Positions 63,101-64,000 of a stretch of DNA of 64,000 nt are shown one piece after another. The notes beneath the pieces were generated by a model that saw only the letters and a list, made by a program, of their open reading frames with translations, did not search any database and was not told the DNA's origin. Source of the DNA: Eledone cirrhosa (lineage: Eukaryota); assembly GCA_964016885.1 (NCBI GenBank), contig CAXHJY010000702.1, forward strand, positions 1-64,000. The letters are read 5' to 3'. How positions within the stretch are numbered: position 1 is the stretch's first letter; each line of letters starts with the position of its first letter. The position numbers and the translations under genes were made by a program.

Positions 63101-64000
63101 TTAGGTCTTCAAAATGTTTATTATAAACATACAGAATATTTTCGAATATTCTATGTCTATATTCACATATATATCGCTATTTCAGAGCATTTATTCCAAT
63201 TTCTAATTTCTGCCGGACCGGCAACCGCTCTTTCAAACCAGTTCCTGTACACAGCTAAGTATTCTATAAGTCTCTAGCTGTGTCATTCTCGATAAAAGCA
63301 CTGGATATGTAGTCCTGATGATTTCTAACAAGAATGAAACGCGTAGATTACTTCCCTTGCTTTTATCGAGAATCTAATTGTAATACGTGACGTATTCTAT
63401 TCTATAGCGATTAGGTCTTCAAAATGTTTATTATAAACATACAGAATATTTTCGAATATTCTATGTCTATATTCACATATATATCGCTATTTCAGAGCAT
63501 TTATTCCAATTTCTAATTTCTGCCGGACCGGCAACCGCTCTTTCAAACCAGTTCCTGTACACAGCTAAGTATTCTATAAGTCTCTAGCTGTGTCATTCTC
63601 GATAAAAGCACTGGATATGTAGTCCTGATGATTTCTAACAAGAATGAAACGCGTAGATTACTTCCCTTGCTTTTATCGAGAATCTAATTGTAATACGTGA
63701 CGTATTCTATTCCATAGCGATTAGGTCTTCAAAATGTTTATTATAAACATACAGAATATTTTCGAATATTCTATGTCTATATTCACATATATATCGCTAT
63801 TTCAGAGCATTTATTCCAATTTCTAATTTCTGCCGGACCGGCAACCGCTCTTTCAAACCAGTTCCTGTACACAGCTAAGTATTCTATAAGTCTCTAGCTG
63901 TGTCATTCTCGATAAAAGCACTGGATATGTAGTCCTGATGATTTCTAACAAGAATGAAACGCGTAGATTACTTCCCTTGCTTTTATCGAGAATCTAATTG
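60165..64000 (+). repeat. 310-bp tandem array (>=12.4 copies), each monomer carrying a hammerhead ribozyme (retrozyme-type satellite)
   Basis: Exact period 310; only 3 substitutions noticed (61011, 61962, 63713); truncated by window end. Confidence 0.96.
60209..60251 (+). ncRNA. Type I hammerhead ribozyme (first of 13 copies, +310 each)
   Basis: GUAGUC-CUGAUGA-U-UUCU-AACA-AGAA-U-GAAAC-GC-GUA-GAUUAC; closed by a perfect 16-bp helix 60185-60200/60258-60273. Confidence 0.88.

Noticed and set aside
60165-64000. CRISPR-like array or tandem tRNA/5S/snRNA/SL gene cluster
   Set aside because: No variable spacers, and no recognisable tRNA, 5S or snRNA sequence; the hammerhead explains the unit better

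Overview
AT-rich, microsatellite-laden animal DNA. The repeat landscape of giant (TA)n/(TATATG)n tracts, RTE LINEs with (GAT)n tails and tRNA-SINEs resembles an octopus/cephalopod genome, which is an inference. No host protein-coding exon is recognisable, and the many Tyr/Ile ORFs are microsatellite artefacts. 7-44 kb looks like intron or intergenic DNA with SINEs, decayed LINE and Penelope fragments, and one candidate recursive splice site. 44-64 kb is a retroelement nest embedded in (TA)n. It holds three RTE-clade LINE fragments and an apparently intact Penelope-like element (RT + GIY-YIG, 811 aa, direct and inverted pseudo-LTRs). It also holds a ~418-bp circularly permuted non-coding unit and a nearly homogeneous 310-bp tandem array (>=12.4 copies, running off the window end). 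The main result is that type I hammerhead ribozyme motifs occur in five sequence-distinct repeat families: every 310-bp monomer, the 418-bp unit, the Penelope pseudo-LTRs, and two older elements at 6.4 kb and 38.3 kb. This points to a retrozyme/circular-RNA system lying next to its plausible autonomous Penelope mobiliser.
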